Counted from the stretch's first letter, positions 8,192 to 18,989 are shown. The stretch is DNA of 64,000 nucleotides from Chloroflexota bacterium (GCA_037444365.1 JBBIMO010000004.1:1061-65060), one strand, 5' to 3'. Program-made: numbers and translations. The notes: a model not told the origin generated them from the letters alone.

Positions 8192-10864
8192 TTAGCCATC
8201 AGCCGATGCTGAGCCAAGTTGAGATAGCTCCTGGTGTAACCTCTTCAACTTATCTTCAAGCATAGCGAGCTTCTGTCTCTGTTTTTCCACAATCTCAACT
8301 GGCGCTCTGTTCAAAAAGGCGCTGTCCCGAAGCCTGACATTGAGCCGAGCAATTCTCTCCTCGATTTCCTTGCTTTCCCTTGCCAGTCGCTGTTCTTCGG
8401 CGAGGACATCCACCATGCCTGCCAGAGGCACAACTACTTCAGCTTCCTTCAAAACTAGAACAAGGTCAGTGTCCTTGACAGACGGCCGTCCCTGACGATC
8501 GCGTACGCTCAAGGGGCGAGCTTTGGCCAGCGCTTCTATCACACTTGCCTCAGCGCTAAGATTTGAAAGAAGTTCATCAGTATAAACGTGAGCTTCAACA
8601 TACTTGCTTGGGCCTACCTTATATTGAGCTCGAACATTGCGGATGGAGTGCACAATCTCTATCACGGAATCCATCACCCTCTCCGCCTCGGGAGCGAAGG
8701 CCGTATTATCAGCAATGGGATAAGGAGCTATCATTATAGAAGCAGCCATTTGGTCCCCAGTGCCCAGGCGCTGCTTCACCATCTGCCACAATTCCTCGGT
8801 AACAAAAGGCATGAACGGATGCAGAAGACGCAGCGACTTTTCCAATGTATCAACCAGCACGGGCACAGGCGAAGCGGCTGATCGGCTGCGGAGTCTTATC
8901 TTGACAATCTCAATGTACCAATCACAGAACTTGGACCAGATGAAATCGTAAATCTGCTGCTCGGCTTCACCAAACTGAAAACTCTCCATCAGTTCCGTGA
9001 CACTTTTGATAAGGCGATTCAACTGACTGTTGATCCAGAGGTCCTCCATACTTCGTGGTTGTGGCTCCGCGGCCTTACTCTGTGATCCGTCAGTGTCCAG
9101 TGTTTGAAGAATAAACCTGCTGGCATTCCACAGCTTGTTGACGAAATTGCGACCGGACTCCAGTTTGGGTTTGCCCACATTTGTATCATTTCCCGCCGAA
9201 GTCCCAGAGGTGAGAGCAAAACGAAGAGCATCAACGCCATACTTGCCTATTGCTTCGGAGGGATCCGTGACATTCCCCCGCACCTTGCTCATCTTTTCCC
9301 CGCTTTCATCCCTAATCAGACCATGAAGGTATACTGAGTGGAACGGTATTTCACCCATATTCTCCAACCCCATCATGATCATCCTCGCTACCCAGAAGAA
9401 CAGGATATCGTAGCCCGTCTCCATAACCGAGCCCGGATAGAAATAGCGAAGGTCATCAGTGTCCTCGGGCCAGCCCAATGTAGAATGGGTCCACAGCCCT
9501 GAGCTAAACCAGGTGTCGAGGACATCGGGGTCCTGAATGATTTGTTTGGAACCGCAGTGAACGCATGCCCTCGGTTCATCCACTGAGCATGTTACTTCAG
9601 AGCAGTCCTGACAGTACCAGACCGGGATGCGGTGTCCCCACCATAGTTGCCGACTGATGCACCAATCCTTGATATTTCCCATCCAGTCGAAATATATCTT
9701 GGTGAAGCGTTCCGGGATTATCCTGATTCTGCCATCTCTGACAGCCTCAATAGCAGGTTCCGCCAATGACTGTGTTCGTACAAACCATTGCAGGCTCACT
9801 CTGGGTTCAATCATCGTCTGACAGCGGTCACAATGTCCTACCGAATGGGAATAAGGCTCGGTCTTTTCCAGAAGTCCCTTGTCCTGCAGGTCAGTTAATA
9901 CCTTGCCTCGACAAGCAAACCTTTCCAGTCCCTGGTAGGGACCGGCATTCTCGTTCATGGTGGCATCAGGGTTCATAACGTCCACCAGGGGCAGAATGTG
10001 TCTTTGGGCCACCTCGAAATCTGTGGCGTCATGAGCCGGAGTTATCTTCAATGCTCCGGTGCCGAAAGAAGTATCAACAGCATCATCGGCGATTACGGGG
10101 ATCTGCCTATTAATAACAGGAAGCACGACAATCTTACCTATGAGCTTCCTGTAACGCTTGTCTGTGGGATTCACAGCCACAGCCGTGTCGCCCAGGAAAG
10201 TCTCCGGTCGAGTAGTGGCTACAGTGACGAAGCCCTTGCCCTGAGCCAGAGGATAGCGAATATAGTAAAGACTACCCGCAATGTCCTTGTGCTCTACCTC
10301 GAGGTCGGAGAGGGCGGTTTGACACCGCGGACACCAGTTAATGATTCGTTCTCGCCGATAGATCAGGTCCCTATTGAACAGGCGGACAAAGGCAGTTCGT
10401 ACCGCCCTGGTCGGGCCCTCGTCTAATGTAAACCTCTCTCTGGCCCAATCACAAGAAGCGCCCAAGAGCTGATGTTGCCGCCTGATATGCTCCCGGCTTT
10501 TGTTAGCCCATTCCCAGGTTACCCTAGTGAACTGGTCTCTACCTATCTGCTCCTTAGTGAGTCCCTCTTTGGCCAGTTGTCGCTCCACAACCACCTGCGT
10601 GGCGATGCCAGCATGATCGGTTCCCGGCAGCCATAGAGTGGGCTCTCCTTTCATTCTGTGCCACCTGGCCATGATGTCCTCTAATGTGGCAGTCAAAGCA
10701 TGGCCCAGGTGGAGTTCCCCAGTAACATTGGGGGGCGGCATGATAATGACAAAAGGCTTCTTACTCTGGTCTTTCTTAGGACAAAAGTAGCCCTGCTTGA
10801 GCCAGAAATCATACCACTTCTTTTCTATCTTGCCTGGCTTGTAGGCTTTAGGTATCTCAGACAT
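8192..10864 (-). CDS. valS: valyl-tRNA synthetase
   Basis: 890 aa. HIGH motif (PPPNVTGELHLGHA), KMSKS (EKMSKVRGN), and a C-terminal coiled coil typical of ValS. Confidence 0.95.
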   Translation of the reverse strand: MSEIPKAYKPGKIEKKWYDFWLKQGYFCPKKDQSKKPFVIIMPPPNVTGELHLGHALTATLEDIMARWHRMKGEPTLWLPGTDHAGIATQVVVERQLAKEGLTKEQIGRDQFTRVTWEWANKSREHIRRQHQLLGASCDWARERFTLDEGPTRAVRTAFVRLFNRDLIYRRERIINWCPRCQTALSDLEVEHKDIAGSLYYIRYPLAQGKGFVTVATTRPETFLGDTAVAVNPTDKRYRKLIGKIVVLPVINRQIPVIADDAVDTSFGTGALKITPAHDATDFEVAQRHILPLVDVMNPDATMNENAGPYQGLERFACRGKVLTDLQDKGLLEKTEPYSHSVGHCDRCQTMIEPRVSLQWFVRTQSLAEPAIEAVRDGRIRIIPERFTKIYFDWMGNIKDWCISRQLWWGHRIPVWYCQDCSEVTCSVDEPRACVHCGSKQIIQDPDVLDTWFSSGLWTHSTLGWPEDTDDLRYFYPGSVMETGYDILFFWVARMIMMGLENMGEIPFHSVYLHGLIRDESGEKMSKVRGNVTDPSEAIGKYGVDALRFALTSGTSAGNDTNVGKPKLESGRNFVNKLWNASRFILQTLDTDGSQSKAAEPQPRSMEDLWINSQLNRLIKSVTELMESFQFGEAEQQIYDFIWSKFCDWYIEIVKIRLRSRSAASPVPVLVDTLEKSLRLLHPFMPFVTEELWQMVKQRLGTGDQMAASIMIAPYPIADNTAFAPEAERVMDSVIEIVHSIRNVRAQYKVGPSKYVEAHVYTDELLSNLSAEASVIEALAKARPLSVRDRQGRPSVKDTDLVLVLKEAEVVVPLAGMVDVLAEEQRLARESKEIEERIARLNVRLRDSAFLNRAPVEIVEKQRQKLAMLEDKLKRLHQELSQLGSASADG

Positions 10865-10927
10865 TAGCTCCGAACCTATCTCAGCTGTTAGGTGTCAGCG
10901 GAAGGAAATTTCAAGGTACAGACCAAT

Positions 10928-12142
10928 TCAAAGCTTGTTTAGCCGCCGGCGTTTTGGTTTGGGAAGAAGCGCCGCCACCTTGTCCATGACCTTCTCGGCT
11001 ACCTCCCGTTTGGGCAGGAGGGGTAAGTCATCAACTTCGCCTTTGCGGTCGATGATGATTACTCGATTGGTGTCGGCGTCAAATCCACTGTCGCTAGCTG
11101 TAATGTCGTTAGCTACAATGAGGTCAAGCCCCTTCTGGAGCAGCTTTCGTTTGGCATTGGCTAACAGATTACTGCTTTCAGCAGCGAAGCCTATCTTGAT
11201 AAGATCTCCCTCAATAGTGCCCAGAATATCAGTGGTGCACTCCAACTCCAAGGTCAGTCCGGCCTTCCCTTTCTTAATCTTGTCCTTAGCTGTCTTTTTT
11301 GGGCGATAGTCTGCTACGGCGGCAGCCATAACTAGCGCGTCGGCTCGGAGAGTCACATTCCCCACTGCTTGTCGCATTTCTTCGGCTGTGCTGACTCGAA
11401 TGACATCAACCCCTACGGGTTGTGGTAACGAGGTCGGGGCTGTAACCAGTGTTACATTGGCTCCACGGTCACGCGCTGCCTCAGCCAGAGCATAGCCCAT
11501 CTTACCGGACGAGCGGTTGCTGATGTAGCGAACGGGGTCAATAGGCTCTTGAGTACCGCCGGCGGTGACCACGATGTGCCTGCCAGCCAGGTCACCAGCC
11601 CTACCCAGCACCTGGCAAATGCTGCCAACAATATCCTTATTATCTGCTAGCCGTCCCAGTCCCTCTTTGCCCGAGGCTAACCAGCCTACGGCTGGACCAA
11701 CAACCACGAAGCCACGAGCTTTGAGCCTAGACAGATTGTCTTGGGTTACCTGGTTGCTGTACATGTTAGTCTCCATGGCTGGGGCGATGAGCACCGGCGC
11801 CTTGGTAGCAAGCACTGTGCAGCAGAGCATATCGTCGGCGATGCCAGCAGCCAGCTTGGCAATGATATTGGCTGTAGCGGGGACAATGACTATTATGTCG
11901 GCGGCTCTGGCCAGAGAAACATGCTCAATACTGAATTCAGAGGCCAAGTCAAACATTTCGGTCACGACGGGCCTCCCCGTAAGTGCCCTGAAGGTAACAG
12001 GCGATACAAACTGGATGGCCTCTTCAGTCATAATTACATTCACCTTGGCCCCTGCTTGAGTTAACTGGCTGGCAATTTCGGCTGCCTTGTAGGCAGCAAT
12101 ACCTCCCGTTATTCCCAGAACTACGGTCTTGTTTCTAAGCAT
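10928..12142 (-). CDS. coaBC: bifunctional phosphopantothenoylcysteine decarboxylase / phosphopantothenate-cysteine ligase
   Basis: 404 aa. N-terminal flavoprotein domain (VVLGITGGIAAYKA) plus C-terminal CoaB ligase domain. Confidence 0.9.
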   Translation of the reverse strand: MLRNKTVVLGITGGIAAYKAAEIASQLTQAGAKVNVIMTEEAIQFVSPVTFRALTGRPVVTEMFDLASEFSIEHVSLARAADIIVIVPATANIIAKLAAGIADDMLCCTVLATKAPVLIAPAMETNMYSNQVTQDNLSRLKARGFVVVGPAVGWLASGKEGLGRLADNKDIVGSICQVLGRAGDLAGRHIVVTAGGTQEPIDPVRYISNRSSGKMGYALAEAARDRGANVTLVTAPTSLPQPVGVDVIRVSTAEEMRQAVGNVTLRADALVMAAAVADYRPKKTAKDKIKKGKAGLTLELECTTDILGTIEGDLIKIGFAAESSNLLANAKRKLLQKGLDLIVANDITASDSGFDADTNRVIIIDRKGEVDDLPLLPKREVAEKVMDKVAALLPKPKRRRLNKL

Positions 12143-12939
12143 TACTGCTCCTTATTCATTTCATAGATGAGGCGCAATCCAACCAAAGTTAAGTCAGGGT
12201 CTACCACCTCTATTGCCGGTACTTCCTGAGCTAAGAGTTGAGCCTGCCCTCCAGTAGCTATCACCTTCGTCTTCCTTCCCAATTCCTGCTCTATCCGCCG
12301 AATCATGCCCTCAACAAGCCCAACATAGCCGAATACTATGCCCGATTGCATAGCCGAGAGAGTGTTCTTGCCGATCACTTGCTCCGGGCGGCTTAGTCTG
12401 ATTCGGGGGAGCGCGGCCGTACGAGCATACAAGGCTTCGGTGGCTATAACAATTCCCGGGGCAATAGCCCCGCCAAGATAGTCACCTTCCTGGGAAACAA
12501 CGTCAAAGGTGGTAGCAGTGCCGAAGTCAATGACGATCACCGGCCTTCCGTAGAGGTTCTGGGCAGCCACAGCATCCACAACACGATCGGGGCCAACCTC
12601 CCTGGGATTATCCAGGCGAATGCGCATGCCTGTCTTGACACCAGCTTCGACGACGAGTGGCTTAGTATTCAAATATTTCCGACACAATTCCACAAACGCG
12701 GGCAACAGCGGCGGCACGACACTGCACAATGCTACTCCGGTCACTTTCGAAGGCGAGAGCCTTTTGCCTTCCATAAGGTTAAGCAATATCACGCCGTACT
12801 CGTCTGAAGTGCGGTGAATGCCAGTGGCCAAGTTCCAGGTGGCTTTCAACTCATCACCGTCAAAGATACCAATCTTAACATTGGTGTTACCTATATCAAT
12901 TGCTAGTAACATAGAGGTATGCCTTCGTCCTCCTGACAT
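12142..12939 (-). CDS. coaX: type III pantothenate kinase
   Basis: LLAIDIGNTNVKIGIFDG N-terminus. 265 aa. Stop overlaps the coaBC start. Confidence 0.9.
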   Translation of the reverse strand: MSGGRRHTSMLLAIDIGNTNVKIGIFDGDELKATWNLATGIHRTSDEYGVILLNLMEGKRLSPSKVTGVALCSVVPPLLPAFVELCRKYLNTKPLVVEAGVKTGMRIRLDNPREVGPDRVVDAVAAQNLYGRPVIVIDFGTATTFDVVSQEGDYLGGAIAPGIVIATEALYARTAALPRIRLSRPEQVIGKNTLSAMQSGIVFGYVGLVEGMIRRIEQELGRKTKVIATGGQAQLLAQEVPAIEVVDPDLTLVGLRLIYEMNKEQ

Positions 12940-13002
12940 TATGTTCTGAGTATAGCACTACTATTCAATCCGTGTCACTACGAGACTTTGCCAAAACGGG
13001 CA

Positions 13003-13500
13003 TCAAGTGGAAGCTTGGCTTTTGCCAGCATCCTCTTGATAGTCTTGTAACCTCTTGCTCATGGCCTGCCAGTGTGTGCCCGGCCAGTAGATGCGATGAC
13101 AGGTAGGACATTGTGTATATCGAGCTTGAGTTTCAAACACGTGGGCGGGAACCAGGTTCTTCACTTCTTCCTTATCCCGAGCTACTAATGCTCGATTGCA
13201 TTCCAGACAAAGCGAGAACGCCTTGAAATGATAGTCTAGCTTCAAGGTCCTCACGACTTCTTGCACCTGGAGCCTAGGGTCGTCATGCTTGACGTGCACA
13301 GTTCTCACTTTGCCATCTGTAACCAGGCGCCTTCTCATAAACTGAGCGTCTTTCGTCAGAATTACCCTATCTTCGCTGAGAGCTATCCTGATCATTTGAC
13401 CGTCGTCTTTTTGCTTGAACAGCAGGGTATCATAGCCAATCAGTCTTAACCATCGAGCCAGCTTGCCCACATTGTTATCGGCAATGAATCTGGTTCCCAT
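13003..13500 (-). CDS. Mut7-C RNase domain protein (DUF82; PIN-like domain plus Zn ribbon)
   Basis: RFIADNNVGKLARWLRLIGYD N-terminus. C-terminal CLECN ... CPTCHRIYWPGTHW zinc-ribbon pattern. Confidence 0.7.
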   Translation of the reverse strand: MGTRFIADNNVGKLARWLRLIGYDTLLFKQKDDGQMIRIALSEDRVILTKDAQFMRRRLVTDGKVRTVHVKHDDPRLQVQEVVRTLKLDYHFKAFSLCLECNRALVARDKEEVKNLVPAHVFETQARYTQCPTCHRIYWPGTHWQAMSKRLQDYQEDAGKSQAST

Positions 13501-13538
13501 AGCTGGTCAAGCAATTCAGGGTGATTTCGCCGGAGGGA

Positions 13539-14489
13539 TTAGAGGTATTTCCGACGGCGCATGTAGACGAATATGATGCCCGCTGTAACTGCCATAAGGG
13601 CCAGCAGGATGCCAAAAGTCAGGAAGCTACCCGAATTCACGCTACCAGGTAGCGCAATATTCATACCGTAGATGCTAGCTATCAACGTAGGCAGTGCCAG
13701 AATTCCCATTATGATGGTCAGTATCCGCATTATCTCTTGGATTCGATGTGAGGTTAACCAATTACTGGTATCAGAAAGACCATCCACGACTTCCTTACAA
13801 TCCTCCAGCCCATCCCAGATCTTGCGGATATGGTCAGCGATATCACCAAAATAGACTTCCTGGTCCTCTTTCAAGAAAGGATAATCCTCCTTCTCAAGAG
13901 TCTCAATGACCGCAATCTGAGGATGAATGACGCGGCGGAAAGAAATCAGGTCCCGGCGAATCAGGGAAATCTCGCGCACAGTCTCCGGAACAGGCTTGGT
14001 GAGGATAACATCTTCCATCTCATCGATGTTCTGAGTGACTTTGTCCAGTATGGGAAAGCAGGAGTTAACCAATCTGTCGAGAATATGATAGAGAAGAAAT
14101 CCTGAGCTTCGCCCCAGGTATCGCTCGCGGCTCGCTTTGTCAGTCTCGCATTCCTGGAAAAATCTTGCCAGTGGCTTGAGATCGCCAGCGCAATTGATGG
14201 TCACCAGGTAGCTTTCACCAATAAAGATGTTTATTTCACCGGGCCTGGTTATACGATTCTCTTTGTCAAATACCGGGAAATGGAGCACCATAAACAAGTA
14301 ATCATCGTATTCGTCAATCTTGGGACGCTGTATGCGGCTGAGGATATCATCCAGGTCAAGAGGATGGAAGTGGAAACGCTGAGCCAGAAATTGAACTTCA
14401 TTAGAAGTAGGTCTTTCGATATAGAACCAGGTCAGCTTGCCATTGGCAATTGAACTCACCTTCCACGCATCTTGTCTAATAGACGACAT
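13539..14489 (-). CDS. corA: CorA family magnesium/cobalt transporter
   Basis: 316 aa. YGMNIALPG (GMN) motif and two C-terminal TM helices. Confidence 0.85.
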   Translation of the reverse strand: MSSIRQDAWKVSSIANGKLTWFYIERPTSNEVQFLAQRFHFHPLDLDDILSRIQRPKIDEYDDYLFMVLHFPVFDKENRITRPGEINIFIGESYLVTINCAGDLKPLARFFQECETDKASRERYLGRSSGFLLYHILDRLVNSCFPILDKVTQNIDEMEDVILTKPVPETVREISLIRRDLISFRRVIHPQIAVIETLEKEDYPFLKEDQEVYFGDIADHIRKIWDGLEDCKEVVDGLSDTSNWLTSHRIQEIMRILTIIMGILALPTLIASIYGMNIALPGSVNSGSFLTFGILLALMAVTAGIIFVYMRRRKYL

Positions 14490-14601
14490 ATGGCCCTCTA
14501 TGCAGTGATTTCTGGCTATTCTAGCACTAATTCCGCGGGGCAGATAGTCATACTCACATCATCCCTAAAATCAATCATATCAAATTCACTCGATCTGTTT
14601 A

Positions 14602-14630
14602 TTGACAAGAGGCGAATTTTCCCGTATCAT
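14602..14630 (+). promoter_or_regulatory. sigma70-like promoter for etfBA (TTGACA-17-TATCAT)
   Basis: TTGACA at 14602-14607, 17-nt spacer, TATCAT at 14625-14630, about 36 nt upstream of the etfB ATG. Confidence 0.55.
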
Positions 14631-14665
14631 CCTTCGGTTGCAAAATCCTTCAAGGAGGTCGGAAA

Positions 14666-15466
14666 ATGCCGGTTAATATGATTGTTTGTTGCAAGCAAGT
14701 GCCTGATCCTGAAGCACCGCCTTCGGTGTTTAAGGTCGTAGACAACAAAATGACCTTGCCACCCGAGGTGAAACCCGTGATCGGACAATACGAGGAGTTT
14801 GCTCTGGAAGCTGCGCTGAAAATCAAGGACACTGCGGGAGGCAAGATTACTGCGCTCAGTCTGGGTAATAACTTCGTTCGTGATGTGATTAAGAAAGCGC
14901 TAGCCGTAGGAGCCGATGAACTCATCCTCCTCGAGGATAAAGCCTTCGAAGATGGCGACAGTTGGGCGACTGCCAATGCCCTCGCCGCAGCAATAAAGAA
15001 GATAGGGACATATGACATCATCTTCTGCGGCAGACAATCCTCCGACTGGGATGCTGGACAAGTGGGGCTTGGCATTGCTGAGCTTCTGGGAATCCCGGCG
15101 GTCACGTTAGCCCGCAAGGTAGAAGTCGGCGGTGGGAAGGCGAAGGTCGAGCGCGTCATTCCGGACGGCTATCAGGTTACTGAAGTGACACTTCCTGCCG
15201 TAATTGTGGTGACCAGTGGGATAGGAGCGCTTCGCTATGCTACCTTGAAAGGCATCATGGCTGCAGCCAAGAAGCAGCCCTTAGTCTGGAAGCCAGCCGA
15301 TATTGGGCTTGAGCCTTCAAAACTCGGCGCTGCCGGAAGGCGTACTCGTCTAGACAAGCTCTTCCAGCCGATCAAGGAATCCAAATGTGAAATCATCGCA
15401 GGAGAGACCGTTGCGGAAGCTGGCGCCAAATTGGCCGTGAGGCTCAGGGAAGCCAAACTACTCTAG
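14666..15466 (+). CDS. etfB: electron transfer flavoprotein beta subunit
   Basis: MPVNMIVCCKQVPD N-terminus typical of EtfB. 266 aa. Confidence 0.9.
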   Translation: MPVNMIVCCKQVPDPEAPPSVFKVVDNKMTLPPEVKPVIGQYEEFALEAALKIKDTAGGKITALSLGNNFVRDVIKKALAVGADELILLEDKAFEDGDSWATANALAAAIKKIGTYDIIFCGRQSSDWDAGQVGLGIAELLGIPAVTLARKVEVGGGKAKVERVIPDGYQVTEVTLPAVIVVTSGIGALRYATLKGIMAAAKKQPLVWKPADIGLEPSKLGAAGRRTRLDKLFQPIKESKCEIIAGETVAEAGAKLAVRLREAKLL

Positions 15467-15482
15467 AGTTAAGGAGGAAACA

Positions 15483-16484
15483 ATGGCTGAATACAAAGGC
15501 ATATTGGTCTGTGGTGAGCTAGCTGACGGGAAGCTAGCTTCCATCACCACTGAATTACTGGGATGTGGTCGGAAGCTTGCTGACGAGTCAAAGGAGGACT
15601 TGTCTTGCCTGCTGGCCAGCGATGCAGTCGCTGGAGCTTCGAAAGAAGCAATCGCGTTCGGAGCAGACAAGGTTCATGCAGTGGAACACCCCGCCCTCAA
15701 AGAATACCAAGCCGATTCCTATATGCAAGTCGTGGAGAAAGTGGCCAGGGACAGTGCCCCTCGCGTGATACTCATAGGACAAACAGCCATGGGTAGAGAT
15801 ATGGCTCCCCGCCTGGCGTTCAGGCTGGGCACCAGCCTGACGACGGATTGCCTCGATTTACGCATAGACTTGACAACAAAACGGCTGATGCAAACCCGTC
15901 CCGTTTATGGCGGCAACGCTCAAGCTGTATTCACCAGCGAGTCAATGCCTCAAATGGTAACGGTGAGAGCCAAGACAATGTCACCGCTGGAGCGTGACCC
16001 TTCAAGAAAAGGGGAGGTCAAACCCACCAAGATTGACATAGACATGTCCAAAGTGCGCACAAGGATATTAGAGACTGTTAAGGAACAGGCGGTCGGAATT
16101 AAGCTCGAGGATGCCCCAGTGATTGTCTCCGGAGGGAGGGGAATGGGTGGTCCTCAGCCCTTCCAAACTATACTGAAGGAGCTAGCTGATCTGCTGCATG
16201 GTGCAGTAGGAGCTTCACGCCCTCCTGCTGATAACGGCTGGGTGTCTGAGCATCTGCATATTGGTCTCACCGGCAAGATTGTTGCCCCTGATGTTTATAT
16301 CGCCGTGGCTATTTCTGGTGCCAGTCAACATACTGCGGGATGTTCAGGCTCCAAGCACATCATCGCCATCAACAAGGACCCTGAGGCGAACATATTCAGG
16401 GAGGCGGAATTTGGTGTCGTTGGCAAATACGAGGAAGTACTCCCGGCTTTCATAGGTAAGCTAAAAGAGTTATTGGCCGGCTAG
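15483..16484 (+). CDS. etfA: electron transfer flavoprotein alpha subunit
   Basis: 333 aa. C-terminal FAD-binding region (VYIAVAISGASQHTAG). Follows etfB after an AGGAGG RBS. Confidence 0.9.
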   Translation: MAEYKGILVCGELADGKLASITTELLGCGRKLADESKEDLSCLLASDAVAGASKEAIAFGADKVHAVEHPALKEYQADSYMQVVEKVARDSAPRVILIGQTAMGRDMAPRLAFRLGTSLTTDCLDLRIDLTTKRLMQTRPVYGGNAQAVFTSESMPQMVTVRAKTMSPLERDPSRKGEVKPTKIDIDMSKVRTRILETVKEQAVGIKLEDAPVIVSGGRGMGGPQPFQTILKELADLLHGAVGASRPPADNGWVSEHLHIGLTGKIVAPDVYIAVAISGASQHTAGCSGSKHIIAINKDPEANIFREAEFGVVGKYEEVLPAFIGKLKELLAG

Positions 16485-16554
16485 GGAAGGCTGAGGCAAA
16501 AGCTCTTGTCTGCTGACCAAGCAAACGCAATGGCTGTCAGTTGATAGCTAGTGG

Positions 16555-18606
16555 CTACCCCGCCTTCTTCCTTTCAGCGATGACCTTCTGACTGAGGTGG
16601 GCAGGCACTTCTTCGTAGTGGCCAAATTCCATGACAAAGCTACCGCGCCCCTGAGTCAGTGATCTCAGATTCAGTGCATAACGAAGTAGCTCTGCGTAAG
16701 GCGCCTGAGCTTCAATGACATTGATGCCATTACCTGGATTCATTCCCAACACACGCCCCCTCTTAGTATTAAGGTCGCTGGTAATATCCCCGGTGTACAT
16801 CTCAGGCACGGTTATTGTGAGCTTCATTATGGGCTCAACCAATACCGGCTGTCCCTGAGATAATCCCTTCTTTAAGGCTTGTGCTCCCGCAATCTTGAAA
16901 GCAATATCTGAGGAATCTACGGGATGAAAGCTACCATCGTAAAGGCTTGCCTTTACGTCAACTACAGGATACCCTGCCAGAACTCCCTCCTGCTTGGCTT
17001 CATTGACTCCCTTCTCCACAGAGGGAATGTAGTTCTGGGGTATTGCGCCGCCCACAATTTTCTCGGCAAACTCAAAACCACTGCCGCGAGGCATAGGTTC
17101 GAGTTCCAAGAGAACATGCCCATATTGACCATGCCCTCCAGTCTGCTTCTTGTGCTTATACTCGGCCTTGGTGGACACGGTAATAGTTTCCTTGTAAGGA
17201 ATCTTCGGCGGATCCAACCTCACCTCTACTCCAAACTTGCGGCGTATCTTCTCCCTGGTTATCTCCAGATGGTTATCACCAACTCCCGAAATAATGAACT
17301 CGTTGGTATCGGCCTCCCGACGCATCTGGAGAGAGGGGTCCTCTTCACAGATCCTGGGCAAGACAGTGCTCATTTTGTCCAAATCGCTCTTCGCTTGAGG
17401 CTGTATCGCCATGCTGAAATTCGCTCTGGGAAACTCGATACCCGGCAGTATCACAGGGTGCTCGCGGGCACAGAGGGTATCTCCAGTAGTGGTTAGACTC
17501 AACCTAGCAACTGCCCCAATATCCCCAGCGGCGACCTGTGGCACTGTCTGTTGGTTTTTGCCCAGCATGGTGAAAAGTTGACCAATCCGTTCCATGCCAT
17601 TCTTGTTGGCGTTCCACACCTGGGAATTGCTGGAAATAACGCCCGAATAGACCCGAAAATAGCTGAGCTTGCCCACATAAGGGTCTGCGGCAGTTTTGAA
17701 AACAAGACCAGCTAAAGGGGATGCAGAATCAGGCTTCATCTCCTCCTGATCACCAGTGGACACATTTCTGGCCACAGTGGCGCCCTTTTCCTCTGGCGAA
17801 GGCAGGTAGGAGCAAATACCATCCAGAATCTGCCGTGGGCCAATGCCCTTCAAAGCGGAGCCAACGAAGACGGGCGCCAACTTGCCAGCAACAGTGGATT
17901 TTCGTATGGCAGCCAAAATTTCCTCGTTGCTTATGGCTTCGCCCTCCAGATACTTGTTAATGAGGTCGTCATCAATTTCGACAGCAGCCTCTACTAGCTT
18001 CTCACGGCTGGCTCTTGCCTGTTCCTGGAGTGTTGGGGGTATTTCGGCTGCTTGGGCGTCTGCGCCAATGTAAGCCTTCATGGTCACCAAATCTATGATG
18101 CCTTGAAAATCCTTCTGTGAACCTATGGGCAGTTGAAGAGGCAAGCATTCTGATGACAACCTGGCCTGAATCCCCTTCAAAGTAGAGAAGAAATCAGCAT
18201 TATCACGGTCCATCTTGTTAACAAATACTAACCGCGGCAGATTCGCTTTGGTAGCGTCGCTCCACATCTGCTCTGTGCCTACCTCCACCCCTGAAGCGGC
18301 GCATATCACGATTATTGCTCCTTCGGCCACCCGCAATCCTGATCTTGCCTCACCAACAAAATCAGCATATCCCGGCGTATCAATGATATTTAGCTTCATC
18401 CCCTGCCACTGAATTGGCAACAAGGAGAGGTTGATGCCCATGCGACGTTCGACCTCAAGAGGGTCATAATCTGAGGTAGTGGTGCCGTCAGCAACGCTAC
18501 CTAAACGCTGAATGGCACCCGAAGCGAAGAGCATAAACTCTGCAAGTGAAGTCTTTCCGGCTCCCTGATGTGATAACAAGACAACGTTTCGAATTTGCAT
18601 GGCCAT
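16555..18606 (-). CDS. elongation factor G family GTPase (EF-G paralog)
   Basis: 683 aa. G1 motif HQGAGKTSL, DTPGYADF and NKMD GTPase motifs. Domain IV/V-like C-terminus. Confidence 0.8.
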   Translation of the reverse strand: MAMQIRNVVLLSHQGAGKTSLAEFMLFASGAIQRLGSVADGTTTSDYDPLEVERRMGINLSLLPIQWQGMKLNIIDTPGYADFVGEARSGLRVAEGAIIVICAASGVEVGTEQMWSDATKANLPRLVFVNKMDRDNADFFSTLKGIQARLSSECLPLQLPIGSQKDFQGIIDLVTMKAYIGADAQAAEIPPTLQEQARASREKLVEAAVEIDDDLINKYLEGEAISNEEILAAIRKSTVAGKLAPVFVGSALKGIGPRQILDGICSYLPSPEEKGATVARNVSTGDQEEMKPDSASPLAGLVFKTAADPYVGKLSYFRVYSGVISSNSQVWNANKNGMERIGQLFTMLGKNQQTVPQVAAGDIGAVARLSLTTTGDTLCAREHPVILPGIEFPRANFSMAIQPQAKSDLDKMSTVLPRICEEDPSLQMRREADTNEFIISGVGDNHLEITREKIRRKFGVEVRLDPPKIPYKETITVSTKAEYKHKKQTGGHGQYGHVLLELEPMPRGSGFEFAEKIVGGAIPQNYIPSVEKGVNEAKQEGVLAGYPVVDVKASLYDGSFHPVDSSDIAFKIAGAQALKKGLSQGQPVLVEPIMKLTITVPEMYTGDITSDLNTKRGRVLGMNPGNGINVIEAQAPYAELLRYALNLRSLTQGRGSFVMEFGHYEEVPAHLSQKVIAERKKAG

Positions 18607-18688
18607 CCATTATAATCCTTGACCCCAATGATAAGCAACTTCTGCGATATTACGAAGTGTAATGTTATAATGTAGTAGTCAACCTCAG

Positions 18689-18976
18689 ATGAAACTCAGT
18701 TACGAACAGGTGAAGCACATTGCTTGGCTTGCTCGCTTAGGCTTAAGCGAGGAGGAGGTGGAGAAGTTCAGCCTCCAGCTGTCCGGTATTCTGGAGACAT
18801 TCGAGATACTGAGACAAGTAGATACAGCCAACGTGCCACCGGCAACGCATACCATCCCACTACAAAACGTCTTTAGAAAGGATGAGGTGGCCGATTCATA
18901 TTCTCAAGCTGAGATTCTGTCAAACGCACCAAAGCAACAGGGAGACTGTTTTCAAGTTCAGGCAATTATTGAGTGA
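18689..18976 (+). CDS. gatC: Asp-tRNA(Asn)/Glu-tRNA(Gln) amidotransferase subunit C
   Basis: 95 aa. MKLSYEQVKHIAWLARLGLSEEEVEKF is typical of GatC. Confidence 0.9.
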   Translation: MKLSYEQVKHIAWLARLGLSEEEVEKFSLQLSGILETFEILRQVDTANVPPATHTIPLQNVFRKDEVADSYSQAEILSNAPKQQGDCFQVQAIIE

Positions 18977-18989
18977 GCCTGTCAGACCG

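Noticed and set aside
18882-18989. N-terminal extension of ORF 18882..19649 overlapping the gatC 3' end
   Set aside because: The extension (MRWPIHILKLRFCQTH...) is antisense-like junk. A proper ATG at 18990 follows the gatC stop directly and begins the hydrophobic PlsY-like N-terminus.
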